Source: Geosiphon pyriformis uo1
Lineage: Eukaryota; Fungi; Glomeromycota
Assembly (NCBI GenBank): GCA_016748015.1
Contig: JAAOMT010000777.1
Location: 315,209-379,208 of the forward strand
DNA length: 64,000 nucleotides
Direction of reading: 5' to 3'
Shown: piece after piece, positions 1-12,479 of the stretch
How the letters are laid out: each line of letters opens with the position of its first letter
How positions within the stretch are numbered: the stretch's first letter is position 1
Translations under genes and position numbers: made by a program
Notes under the pieces: model-generated
The model's input: only the letters and a program-made list of their open reading frames with translations
Database searches by the model: none
What the model was told of the DNA's origin: nothing

Positions 1-2499
1 ACACGAAATAGTCTTACGTGGCTATGATAAATTCTTCAATATTGATGAAGTCCAAGAGACAAAGGTAAAGCTTCAAAAACTCTAAAACAAAAGTATTTCT
101 TACAATAACTTGATTGCTAAGCTTTATTCTAGTGGGATAATATTGTCGCAAATACAATTGGCCCTTACGAAATAACCCTCAAAGAAAATGGATGTATTAT
201 ATTAATCGGTGGTCTACAAGATGGGGAGATTGTTGTGGCTAGCAAGCATTCCCTCGGACCCAGGTCTGATAAACTTGTTTCACATGCTGAAAATGGAGAG
301 CAATGGCTGGATAAACATTTGGCTAAAGTTGGCAAGTCTAAGAAAGATTTAGCGAGGTTTTTGAATGAAAATAAAATCACAGCTGTAGCAGAGGTACGTG
401 AGAAGATATATTTATTCAGCAAAATTTCCTATGTATAAATTTTTATTTTTCTTAATAGCTTTGCGATGATTCCTTTGAAGAACATATCCTACAATACGAC
501 ACTGAGCGAAGTGGTCTTTACCTACATGGTGTCAATTTCAACACAGTAGATCTTAAGACCTGGCCTAGTGACCAAGTCACAGCATTTGCAGGTGAATGTG
601 GCTTTTTCCCAACGAAATATGTAGTCAAAGGCACTGCTGAAGAAACTAATAACTTTATTGAAGAAATAAAAACAAAGGGAACATGGAATGATTTGGCGAT
701 TGAAGGTTTCGTTGTGAGAACAAAAACAAAGAAAACACACGAGGACTTTTTCTTCAAAGCCAAATATGATGAACCATATTTGATGTATCGTGAGTGGCGC
801 GAGATCACCAAATGTATCCTCGCCAAAAAGCCACCTCGGTCAACCTATCCCCTTAGCAAACACTACATTGAATGGGTAACAGAAAAAATTAGATCCCAAC
901 CTGAGCTGTTCAAAGAATATTCCCAGGGACATGGTATAATTAAGGTTCGTGAAATGTTCGTTGAGCAATTGGACGCCGAAGGAGGTCAAGACAAAGCAAA
1001 AAAAATCCCCAAAGAAGAACGCCATAATTTTAAGAAAACTCTGTTAATGCCGGTTGGAACGGTAGGATGTGGTAAGTTCATAATAGAGAATCATTTGTCA
1101 ATTTCAAGACATAATCCCATTACGTTGAAAAAATATAAAAAATTTCAGGAAAGACAGCACTCTCCCTAGTGCTTGCCCACCTGTTCAATTTCGGTCACGT
1201 ACAGAATGATAATATAGTTCAGAAAAAACCTCGGGAGGTTTTTTATAAATCCATAATTGAAGAATTTTCCTTAAACGATGTCGTTATCGCTGACAGGTAA
1301 TCTCGACTTAGAAAAAAGGATTTCTTGCGTTCTTAAATTCTTATGTAAAACTTAAGTCAGGGAAATTTTTATATCTTCATAGGAACAATCATTTGATTGA
1401 ACTCCGTCAAAGCCTTATACAAGCGGTTCAGACTGTTTACCCAAAGATCAAAATTGTCGCCCTGTATTGGAATCCTAACGACCATCCTCATGAAGAAATC
1501 TTCGATGCAACTTCCCGGCGAATCATTTCTCGAGGGGAGAATCATCAATCTCTTACTCCTGGGAATCCCGCATTTGAACATGTAATATGGAGATTCCTAC
1601 GTGATTTCGAGCCATTGGATTCTAATAATGGGGTAGATGATCAGTACGTACATTTAATAGATTTAGATCCATTAAAAGAACTCGAAATCAATCTTGAGAC
1701 TACTATCAATGAGTTACAGCCATTACTTGGATTTTCACAACCAAGTAAGGAAGCTATTGATGAAGCATTACGAATTACTCATGAATATCAACCCTCAGTA
1801 CGAAGGGCATATAACTCGAAACAGGAAAGAAGTAATAGCCGAGACATAAAAGGGAAAGGGAAAGGGAAAGGGAATGGTAAAGGTAAAGGTAAAGGCAAAG
1901 GTAAAGGCAAGGCGTCATATAAAAGCCACGGTGAACATTCTCAAGATGAATATTTTATGGAGCCAGTATCAAAATCAAATCCTGTTGTTTCAAGTCAACA
2001 AGTGAAGCCAAAAAAACATTACACTTATTATGGGATTGCCGTTGATTTAAATGTCAAGGACTTTCTAGAAAAATATTTCGCTAGACACCCAGAATTGGAT
2101 AATACATTATTTGAGGAACTTGTCCAAAAGAAACGCATCCAGCCGAAACATCATATCACTCTGATTCACCGCCAAAAATCCAAAGAACATGATCTATGGG
2201 GTCATTACAAAAGCATGTGTGAAAACTCATCTGAAAATAGTGTCAACGTATGTATTGATAAACTTGTTTATAATTCTGAGATTATGGCATTGGTCGTGAA
2301 AGATATATTGCCTGCTGAGATCAAGTATGTGAATCGGATTCCACATATCACAGTCGCAACAATCACAGATAATGTTAAACCTAGACAATCGAATCAAATG
2401 CTTGAGGGTGCATTGGTCGAGGAAAAAAACGAGACAGATTTGGTCGTACATCATCTTGATTCAGAATTGCATGTTACTGGAACTGTTAAGGGGTTCTAA
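1..2499 (+). CDS. TRL1: Fungal-type trifunctional tRNA ligase (adenylyltransferase + polynucleotide kinase + 2',3'-cyclic phosphodiesterase); 5' part lies outside the window; multi-exon
   Basis: Spliced reading gives RGYDKFFN (exon to 64), TLKENGC (motif I Lys), SKHS, AELCDDSFEEHIL, EGFV and FFKAKYDEPYLMYREWRE. These are followed by the kinase P-loop PVGTVGCGKT, GHVQNDNI, VIADRNNH and two HxT motifs (HHITLIH, PHITVAT) of the 2H phosphoesterase. GT-AG introns lie at about 65-132, 394-458, 1072-1148 and 1298-1382; TAA at 2497-2499. Confidence 0.95.
1848..1912 (+). repeat. Hexamer repeat (AAAGGG/AAAGGT/AAAGGC) encoding a (Lys-Gly)n linker in TRL1
   Basis: KGKGKGKGNGKGKGKGKGKGK lies between the kinase and CPD domains. 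Confidence 0.85.
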
Positions 2500-2680
2500 T
2501 AAAAGTTAAACTATACTAATCAATGACTGATTACGCTTATTGATAATTTATAAAAAAAATTTGCTCAGCGCTTAAACCATTGGACAGGTTCACCATGCTT
2601 AACTTTCTGGCAGTGGCTATAAAATAAATCAAATTTCCCTATTCTTTAGAAAAAAAAGTGTACTTTTTAAAATTACTATT

Positions 2681-5262
2681 ATGGCAGATAGGCTCACAAG
2701 AATAGCAATCGTAAGCACTGACAAGTGCAAGCCAAAAAAGTGTAGACAAGAATGTAAAAAATCTTGCCCCGTCGTAAGAATGGGTGAGTGGTATTAAAGA
2801 ATTGAAATACATTAGGCTTTTGTTACCATTTTCAAGTTAGAGTGTTGATTTAAGGTGGTAGCATTATCATTTGAACTCGAACTCTCTGGGAAGCTAACCA
2901 TACTTCAATAAATATTCACTTTTTCTAAAGTTTAATTCACTCCTCATTTTTCAGGAAAACTCTGTATTGAGGTCACTCCTGATAGCAAAGTTGCATTCAT
3001 TTCGGAGGAACTATGCATTGGTTGTGGAATATGTATCAAAAAATGCCCATTTGGTGCGATTATGATCATCAACCTCCCTACAAATTTGGAAAAAGAAGTT
3101 ACACATCGTTACTCGGCCAATTCCTTTAAACTACATCGGCTGCCAGTTCCACGACCTGGTCAAGTGCTTGGCTTGGTGGGAACAAATGGTATCGGCAAGA
3201 GTACAGCAATTAAAATCCTAGCTGGGAAACTGAAGCCAAATCTTGGAAGATATGAGGTAACACATTTTTTTATTCAATACCTTTACGCAGGTTGCGTGTT
3301 GATTACAGTTAATACATATTTTTATATTGTCATTTTAAATCAAAATAGGAACCACCGGATTGGCAAGATATTCTAAAATACTTCCGAGGATCAGAGCTCC
3401 AAAATTATTTCACCAAGATTCTCGAAGATAACTTAAAGGCATTTAATAATAGTGCAATTCGATTTTAAGTTTTACCCGTTTCCTTACAAGTAAAGCTAAT
3501 GATTTTAAAAATTAGGCCATTATCAAACCGCAATATGTTGACCATATTCCTAAAGCAGTAAAAGGCTCGGTAACGAAGCTAATTGATGCCAAACTTGAAA
3601 GAGATAATAGACAGGAGATGATTGATGCGTTGGATTTGAAGGACGTTCTAAACCGTCAAGTCGAGGAATTATCAGGCGGAGAATTACAACGTTTTGCTAT
3701 TGGTATTGTATGCATTCAGAAAGCTGATATGTAGGTACTAAAAATATTTCTCTCATAATTCTTATTTCTCGAATTTCGGGTTGATCATTTTTTATTAATT
3801 AAGATATATGTTTGACGAACCTTCATCATACCTGGATGTGAAACAACGTTTGAAAGCAGCGAGAACAATAAGAGGCCTGTTGGCCCCTACGACGTAATTT
3901 GATAACTCATGGTATTTGTTACTCGTTGAACTACTTACCAAAACTCTGGCTCTATTTTTTAGCTATGTTGTCGTAATTGAACACGATTTATCAGTCCTTG
4001 ATTATCTTTCGGATTTTATATGTGTATTATATGGAATGCCGTCTGTCTATGGTGTTGTAACTATGCCATTCTCTGTTCGTGAAGGTATAAACATTTTTTT
4101 GGACGGTAAAGTTCCCACCGAGAATTTGCGTTTCCGTGAGGAGTCTTTGACATTCAAGTTAGCAGAAACGGCTGAAGATGAAAAGGAAGTAGAGAAATAT
4201 CGAAGATACAGTTATCCAGATATGACCAAGACGCTAGGTAAACTTTTATTTCATGATGTAATATTCAGTTATCGACGCTATTGTAAATTGATATAAAATA
4301 AATATTTTAGGTGACTTCAAACTTGAGATCAAGGCAGGGGAATTTACAGATTCTGAAATTATTGTCATGCTTGGTGAAAATGGAACGGGAAAAACTACAT
4401 TTATTCGTCTATTGGCTGGTGCCATACGACCTGATGGCGATGAATCTGTTCCAGAGTTAAATGTGAGCTATAAGCCTCAGAAAATATCTCCCAAGTTTCA
4501 AGGGACAGTACGGATGCTTTTTCTGAAAAAGATCAAGGCAGCTTTTATGCATCCCCAGTTCCAAACGGACGTCGTCAAACCCATGCAAATTGAAAGCATT
4601 GTTGATCAAGAGGTGATACATTTATCTGGTGGGGAATTGCAGCGTGTGGCTATCGTGCTCGCGTTGGGACAACCGGCAGACATTTATTTAATTGATGAGC
4701 CTTCCGCTTACTTGGACTCTGAACAACGTATTGTTGCAGCCAAAGTAATAAAAAGGTACGGAACAAAATTCGAAGAGTGGAGCTGCAAAAAATCCAACTG
4801 TAGTTGAAATTTGTCTACTCTTCTTTTCCAGATTCGTTCTCCATAATAAGAAAACAGCATTTGTTGTGGAGCACGACTTTATAATGGCAACTTATTTAGC
4901 TGATCGTGTCATAGTTTATGAAGGTGTACCTTCAGTAACCGCAATGGCCAACACGTATTTATTATATTGAATTTATTTTTCTGCTTTTATGTAAAATTAA
5001 AAATTTCTTAAATCAATTTTGTCTCTATAGGCCTCAATCTTTGTTGACAGGCATGAATGCTTTTTTGTCGAGTCTTGAAATTACGTTTCGACGCGATCCT
5101 ACAAATTTCCGACCAAGAATCAACAAAGCTGACTCTTTAAAAGATAAAGAACAAAAACTTAGTGAGTAACTAAATTCTTGATTATTTTTCATATTCAATT
5201 TCTAAATCGCAATTTATTATAATTTAGGTGGAAATTACTTCTTTTTGGAATCTGAAGCCTAA
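2681..5262 (+). CDS. RLI1: ABCE1/Rli1 Fe-S ABC ATPase, ribosome recycling factor; multi-exon
   Basis: ATG 2681 starts [30 protein letters not shown], then [13 protein letters not shown] (Fe-S domain). There are two Walker A motifs ([18 protein letters not shown]), two LSGGELQR signatures and DEPSAYLD. The C-terminus is [12 protein letters not shown]...[11 protein letters not shown], with TAA at 5260-5262. Confidence 0.97.
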
Positions 5263-5512
5263 AATGCAGATTTGATGTATAATTTATTTTTGGTTAAAAT
5301 ACGTTGTTGTGTGCACAATATTCGAAGCTGACGTAAAAGTAATACTAGTATAATATATAACTTGAATCTATAAAATTTTGTACAGTATCGTTCCAATTAG
5401 GCTCTAAACAAATAGAAGATGTCTTCATAATAAATTACCTTTTTAACGGTTGTCATTTTTTAAGGATAAGAAAAAACTGCATTAGCAATAAATGGGCAAA
5501 TTGATCTATCCA

Positions 5513-6959
5513 TTATTCAAAATTCTGCAAAATCTTGATCAACTTCTTATTAGTCATTTCAGTAAGGATAAAGTAATTATGATTCTTTGCAGGATCAAAC
5601 ATTGTGATATGAGCCTTAATTTCATTATTGAATTCGCAATTGTAAGGCGAAAAGTATTGACGCATATGCGATGGTGGAACAGAAATAAAAGTCCGTGAAG
5701 TACCGAGCTTTTTGTCAGGAATCTAGTGAAATGGATATATTCATTAAATGAAAAATTCATTGAATTTGCTCAAGAGAAAATCAAGTTTATACTAGCTTCA
5801 CCTGGGTATAATAACAATGAAAAGTTATATTAGAGTCCTCAACTAATTTTTCAACCCTGTATAAAGTAAAATTCCTGTATTAGATTCAGAATAAATATCA
5901 AAATCATAAGATAATCAAATATGAAACTTGTAACATTCCTCTTGATCATTTCTTTTTCATCAACCAATACGCCAACATATTTAAGATGGCTAGTCACCCA
6001 CTCCATGCCTTCACTCACTTTCTCTCTGTACATATAAGTTGCAGCACCAATAGCACCAACCGCTGCTGCTGCCGTAGCCCATTTAAATAAAGTACCGGAA
6101 CCTTTTGATGAAGACTTGGGTTTAGAAGATGATGACATTGTAATTGATGGTTTTGAAGTGGTTTCATCTGAAGTACTACCCCACATCGTTTGAGCGAGTA
6201 AGGCGCTAGCAGTCAAGAAAGATATCGTAGTACTAGCCTTTTCCGACATATCGGCAGCATGGCTTTGAAGATTCGATGAATTTAAATTTTTAACGAAGAA
6301 AAGAATAATAATGACATGTTAAAATAACGAAAAATACCTATAGGCACCAGTCACCATGTTATGATGATCTAGTCCATAGTACGGTGTGTCGTATGCCAGG
6401 AGTCCTAATATTCTTGGAGTTGGTTCACCAAGTTCACCAAGTGATCTATATTTAAGAATAACATCGGCAGCTAGAAATGGGATTGTTATATTGAACGTAA
6501 AAGAAATGGTTGTAAAATTTAGGTGAAATGAGAGGGATAGATTCTCTTCAAAATGGGCATAAGGTGAAAAAAACTCGTATACCTAAAATTCCACCCATGG
6601 AGTGGCCGAACAAACATACCCAAACAGGTAAATTAACTTTACTTTGTTCTTCTACGAGATTACTTAACCAAGTACAAAAATTTTCAACGGCTTGTTTCAA
6701 ATCACCGCGTGTTTCATATTGTGGGTAGACAATGGACTCGGCCTGAATGTTTGGTACTTGAGACATGCTATTTTGGAGAAAATCTGGAAAACCCTATGGA
6801 TTAACAGTTTACACCAAAGTTTTAGGGCAAGAGGATCTTGCAAAATATTGTGGTAAATAATAAAAGACAAGAGTTAAAAATGCATACTGAAAAAGTCTGT
6901 TCATCCCCCTTGAAACCGTGTATAAATATGAGCAAAAGTTTGTGAGCAAAAGTCGACAT
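5513..6959 (-). CDS. Alpha/beta-hydrolase (DUF676/putative serine esterase-like) with a hydrophobic central segment; multi-exon
   Basis: MSTFAHKLLLIFIHGFKGD (oxyanion HG motif), nucleophile elbow GHSMGG, LLAYDTPYYGL, and last exon ...RTFISVPP...NEIKAHITMFDPAKN...QNFE*. The pieces join at GT-AG boundaries. Confidence 0.8.
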
Positions 6960-7260
6960 GGTGTCTAAAAATTGCGAGAATGCTTTTCACTAGAGAATAG
7001 AGGGGCTTTTTTTAAATTTTTGAGTTATTATGTTTTATAGACACGTGTCACTTGATTTTTTAAACAAAAGGACTTTAGCGGTAAGATCACTAAGCAAAGA
7101 ATTTCTGAATTTCAAAAATATGAATTTATCATTGGAGGACATCCATCTTCTCAAAAAATTTGACAAAGTTAAAAAAAAGTAAAAAAAAAAAAATGCGCTA
7201 AAAGACTCGACTCTTTTAAACCAGTATGATAAATATTGAAAGCTTATATGAAATTAATTT

Positions 7261-7926
7261 TTAACCTTGGGAAGGAGCCTTAACTACAGAGATGAATTGA
7301 TTAATTGATGAGAATGAATGAATGAATTATTTTTTAATTATTTATGCAAGAAATAAAAAATAAAAAAAAATAACCACCAAAAAAAAAATATATATCTTAG
7401 AAAATGAAAATGTGAAAAGAAAAAAAAACTTACAATTGACAAATTCTCCAGGACGATGGGACTGATCCGTAGCTTCAACAAAGCCAGACTATCAAATTTA
7501 AATAAGGTTAACAAAATATCGAGAAGGGATTTAGAAAAAATGTGTGTGGTGTGGAATGAGAAGAACCATCAGTTTTTACAAATATTTTTTTCATTTTTTT
7601 TTTTTTCATTTTTTACATACATGACGGGCATTTGGAGCCTCAATCCTATCTTGTGTTGGGATGTTCGGTTTATCACTTAGTGCCTCGTGAGCTCGCTGAA
7701 AGATGGGATAATATGAAATTTTTAATAATAATAAAAATTTCCCCCCAAAGAAGAATGTAAAAAGATATGTTCTAATAGCGAACCTTAATAACAATCATTG
7801 ACAAAAGTATAAAATGTTACTCACCTCAGTATATCCAACAGGATTTTTGTGTAATACATATTTCTGAACATCTTCTTTGGTCTGAATAGGGGGACGAGTG
7901 GTAGAGCCAACGTTTTTTTGGGACAT
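7261..7926 (-). CDS. Small 84-aa hydrophilic protein, four exons, unknown function
   Basis: Exons 7926-7825, 7695-7621, 7488-7434 and 7283-7261 have donors GTGAGT, GTATGT, GTAAGT and AG acceptors. They sum to 255 nt, open from ATG to TAA: MSQKNVGSTTRPPIQTKEDVQKYVLHKNPVGYTERAHEALSDKPNIPTQDRIEAPNARHSGFVEATDQSHRPGEFVNFKAPSQG. Confidence 0.75.
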
Positions 7927-8265
7927 TTTTGAAAATTCTTGAACTTTTTGCTCAGCTGTAGAGTTTTTTTTTAAAATGTTCTGGCAAGAGGATTTTTCTT
8001 ATACCACATGTTCTTTTGATGATTTAATTTATACTTTACATTTCGTCATTGATCCAAAGGATATCAATATCCATTATTAAAATCTTTAAATTTTTGAGAT
8101 TTTTTAAGAGAACACTCAGTATATTAAAAATTTATTTTAAATTAGACAAAGCAGAAGAAAATTCAAATTTATAAAATGACGTGTTTTTACCCAGTATTCC
8201 CTATTTTATGTAAGAATCCAGTTGTAAATTATAGAGTAAAAAATATTGTTTATAAATTCGTTCAG

Positions 8266-8620
8266 CTAAGTTTCATTTGATAATATAACGTTCCCGGAAA
8301 TGTCTTCTACTTTTTTAAAATACTTTGTGGATAATATACCATCTATGCCCTTGGAAAGTATGACTCCATTAGCCGATTCAAAAAATTCAATTCCGTCTAT
8401 GACAAAAATGTTTTTTTTAATTAAATATAGCCTATTATTGTTGTTTAGTATAAAAATGAAATCCACTTTACCAGCTATGGCTTTTTCGAGATCCACAATG
8501 ATAAATAAATCACAATTAGCACGGACCCCTATTGAAAGCAAAATCAGTATCCTGATACACATGTATTATGCAGTAAAAGAACACGAATCCACAAGAAACA
8601 ATAACAACAACAATAATAAT

Positions 8621-8688
<68 letters not shown>

Positions 8689-9222
8689 CAACAACAACAA
8701 CTACTACTACAAACAACAAATTTACCGCTTTTAACATTAGGATCACCCCATCGACCGTTAGCAAAGTGTATATGATTTCGACTCATTTTGGAAAGACCTT
8801 TGGATTCTAGAAGAGTGAACCGGAATTAGGATTTGGAACTAAAATTACTATAGGATAAAAAGTCTTTTGAAATTTCTCACCTATACTTTTCCAATTTGTC
8901 ATATAAGTACCATGTATAACTTGTGGGAACAAAGTGGGATCCGTAATTCTTACCAACTCTAATTGTTCAACCTTGAAGGAATATTTCCAATTCGAACAAA
9001 GAAAGTTAAAAGATATTATTTTTGAATATGATCTAAATTTAAAAACTCTGGGTCCAACATACTTGAATACTATGGCCTTGATTTGCACGAATGAACCATT
9101 TTGAGCCACCAAGCTCAGATACTTCTTCAACAAGCTTATACCGTTGCTTATCATTGTTTTGAACAGCTTCTTTTATGTCAGCAAAACTTTTTCCCCTTAA
9201 TTTAGGTAGATTCAACTTTGAA

Positions 9223-9297
<75 letters not shown>

Positions 9298-9519
9298 GAT
9301 AATTTAGAAATTTCTCAAATCGATTAAAATTTATCATAAATAGAATATACGCGTTTTGTCATCACGTACCAATTCATCCAAACTAACAAATCCATCAGGA
9401 CGAACATGAAGCCCTTCCTTTTCAGCACCATGACGTAAAATATATGCTAAAATCTTTGATAAACGAATTTTTGGATCTTCATTTTTTCTCTGCTTTTCAT
9501 TTCGACGTGAGGAAGACAT
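8266..9519 (-). CDS. TPT1: tRNA 2'-phosphotransferase (Tpt1/KptA); six exons
   Basis: Motifs are LSKILAYILRHGA, DKQRY, IRANQGHSI, IHGT, GLSKMSRNHIHF, GVRANC and FFESANGVILS, matching the Arg-His-Arg-Arg catalytic tetrad of the Tpt1 family. Introns are GT-AG. Confidence 0.95.
8597..8710. repeat. Compound (AAC)n/(AAT)n/(TAC)n microsatellite in a TPT1 intron
   Basis: Directly visible; it generates spurious poly-N, poly-V/I and poly-C/Y ORFs. Confidence 0.95.
9222..9296. repeat. (AAT)n microsatellite in TPT1 intron 1, abutting the 3' splice site
   Basis: About 25 perfect AAT units. Confidence 0.95.
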
Positions 9520-10563
9520 TGGATGAATAAATTTAAGTTTGTGTATAATGATTTTATAAATCCCCAGTCCCCCGATTACGGTCTTTATATATATATATAT
9601 ATATAATTTCCAAGATATGTAGTAACATATGTCAAAAATCACATGATTTATATTTGTTCAGAAAATGAAACTGCGGTTAAAAATTTTCGGGTATTTCTAT
9701 ACACACACAAAAACTCCACTTACTCAACTTAAAAGAATAAATTGGGTAAGAGATTTTCAGTCGAGACTATTAAAGAGACACTGCGGTAACTGCTTTTTCT
9801 ATTTTTAATGTGAAAAAAGGGATATGTGCTAACTTTCTTTTTTTGTACAACATGACCAATTATATTTTTTGTTTACGAGTCATTTCCCAGGTGGAGAGGA
9901 GGAGGAGGAGAGAGAGTGGGGCTAACTTAAAAAAAAGTCTAATATATATATATATTCAAAAAAGGTATCAGTAGTGTTTTGTTTTTTTCTTTTATAATTT
10001 GAAAAAATATTTCATATATATATATATATATATATGAATAAACTTCCTCCCCTCTCCCCATTTTTTTTTTGAAATTATTTTTACATCAAAAATGCCTAAT
10101 CGTGAAAATTTATCATAATTGTTTTTTTTTAACAAATTTATATTTAAAAAAAAAAACCTGTTTGAGGTTTTCAAAGATTTCTTATTTATTCTTGTCAAAG
10201 TAATTCATATCTATGATCCAAGGTCCCTGGTTACGAAACTTGAATTTTTCTTGTCCCCAGAGTATAAAAAAAACTTTAATCGTTAAAATCTAAAGGTTCA
10301 AGAGTAACCAAAAAGACCATCATGAAAAAAAAAAGGATCAAAATTCCCTTTGAAAATTGAGGGTATCCATTAAATTTTTATTTCGGTGAATTTTTAGTCT
10401 TTTCACCAATAAATACTAAAATCAAGCTTTGTCACATTCTTCTTAAATTCATAGGCCTTTATCAAGTTTTGAGGTGCTTGTCATTTTTCCTATGAACCAC
10501 TAATGATTTCAAAATAACATACTGAAAGAAAGATACTTTCCGATGCCGGCTACCCTTCTCTTC

Positions 10564-10617
<54 letters not shown>
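10564..10617. repeat. (AAT)n microsatellite
   Basis: Perfect trinucleotide run. Confidence 0.95.
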
Positions 10618-11228
10618 GGGCCAATCCTAATCAAAAATATTTTTGTTACATCTGATTGGTTTTTAGGCATACACTGTTGACTATATATATGATAATCTCA
10701 GAATCTTATTATCGACGACAAAGCTTTCAAAATATCGAATCTTTCAATGAAAGTGTTGATTATCATGACTCACTACTAACCAAATATTGTAAACACCTTT
10801 TATATTTTTCATGATTGTTATCAGAATTTAGGCCTCACAGCTGATGGACCACTTATAATGGTCGATATACATCAAAAGATTAAACTTAAAAAAAAATTAA
10901 AAAAATGTGAAATAATCTATATCAACAAGATTTTAGGCAAATAGACTTTTAAACATGACACTTGGTTCTTTTTATTGAGTGAAATTTATGAAAACCGAAA
11001 TCAAAATTATATAGATCAATTTGTCCTAATCTAGGATTCCCAAGTGAAACAACGCACAGAAATGTAAAATTATTATACGAGATTTCACGTATGTAAAAAT
11101 ATAAAAGAATCGCAAAATATAAAGCGAAAAGGGGATATATATTAACAACCATTAGCGAAAGGAAATTATCGCAGAAAAAAAATATTTAACATGAAAATCT
11201 TGGAATCTCCTCTCAATAACGTCAGATG

Positions 11229-12106
11229 TTAGTTTGATGCTTTGGTGGGTGCAGTTTTTCCAACTTTGGAAGGTTTCTTCGGTGATGTGGTAGGTGGGAC
11301 TCCTGGCTTTTCCCCTTTCTTCTTTGGCAACAATTCCATATGAATATTTGGAAGAACACCACCTTCAGCGATATGTACATTTCTCAACAAAATGTTAAGT
11401 TCCTCATCGTTTCTTATGGCCAATTGTAGATGCCTTGGAATAATTCTTTGTTTCTTATTATCGCGGGCAGCATTACCAGCAAGTTCGAGCACTTCGGCCG
11501 TAAGATATTCGATCACAGCCGCGAGATATACAGGTGCTCCAGCTCCTACACGGTCAGCATAACGTCCTTTCTTAAGAAGACGTCCCATACGACCCACCGG
11601 GAATGTAAGACCTTAATTTCAAAAACACATTTTGCCACAATATATTAGTGAACGGGATCCAATATATATATATTATATTTAGGTTGTGAATGAGCGAGCG
11701 AGCGGGCGGGCGGATGAATGATTGGACAAATTTAAATCACCTGCTTTAACGCTCTTTGATGTTTTGGAAGAAGCAGATACGGCTTTGGCAGCCTTGGTGG
11801 CACTTTTTTTACTCTATAAGAGGGAAGAGATGGGAAAGCATGCTATTAAACGGTTTACTTTTTTTCATTTAATTTTTAATCATACTCAAATAAATTATTG
11901 ATGCATAATATGATTGAGTAGCTTTTATGATGTTATCAGTGATAGGCGACTTTTTCACCCGATCGTTTTGAACAGATAAATATGTCTAACTAAATACATA
12001 CCCGACTTTTAGTTGCTTCCTCACCACTTGGTGTCGGGTTTGGAGCTGTATTCTCGGCACCGCGAGCGCGAGAACTTCTTTCTGTAGCCTTATCAGTGGT
12101 TGACAT
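11229..12106 (-). CDS. Histone H2A variant, 186 aa, with extended N-tail and SPKK-containing C-tail; three exons
   Basis: Exons 12106-12002, 11813-11741 and 11611-11229 total 561 nt in frame. Core: [60 protein letters not shown]...GGVLPNIH. Tail: [31 protein letters not shown], with no terminal SQE motif. Confidence 0.93.
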
Positions 12107-12320
12107 TTTATTTGTTTAGTGATGTTTAACTTTGAGAGTAAAAAGTGGGGAGAAGTTTTTTTAAAAAAAAAAAAAAAAAAAAGCGTGTGTGCAGGTGGGA
12201 GCTGGGCTGTTGAGGTTGTGCTTAAGAATTGGACCGAATTTGTACTGAATTTGTTATATGATGCGAGTTTCCTAAAGCGGTACAAAATTCTCTTTTTTTG
12301 GAGGAATGAATTTGAAACTA

Positions 12321-12479
12321 ACCAATGAAATCCCGTCTTAAACGCGTCTTATTTTGGTTAAACTGATGAGCATTAGTCGCGTGATCAATAATCAGGTCTT
12401 GTTTTTCAAGCGAAGAAACAATACGCGTTCCCCCAAGGAAATAAATTTTTGTCTAGCAATAATTTTTCCTAGAACGCGT
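12321..12479 (-). promoter_or_regulatory. MCB (ACGCGT) cluster and CCAAT box upstream of the H2A gene
   Basis: ACGCGT at 12342, 12423 and 12474, near-match TCGCGT at 12377, and CCAAT at 12322, all in otherwise CpG-poor DNA. Confidence 0.65.

Noticed and set aside
8300-8786. ORFs with poly-Asn, poly-Val/Ile and poly-Cys/Tyr tracts
   Set aside because: They are translations of an intronic microsatellite within TPT1.
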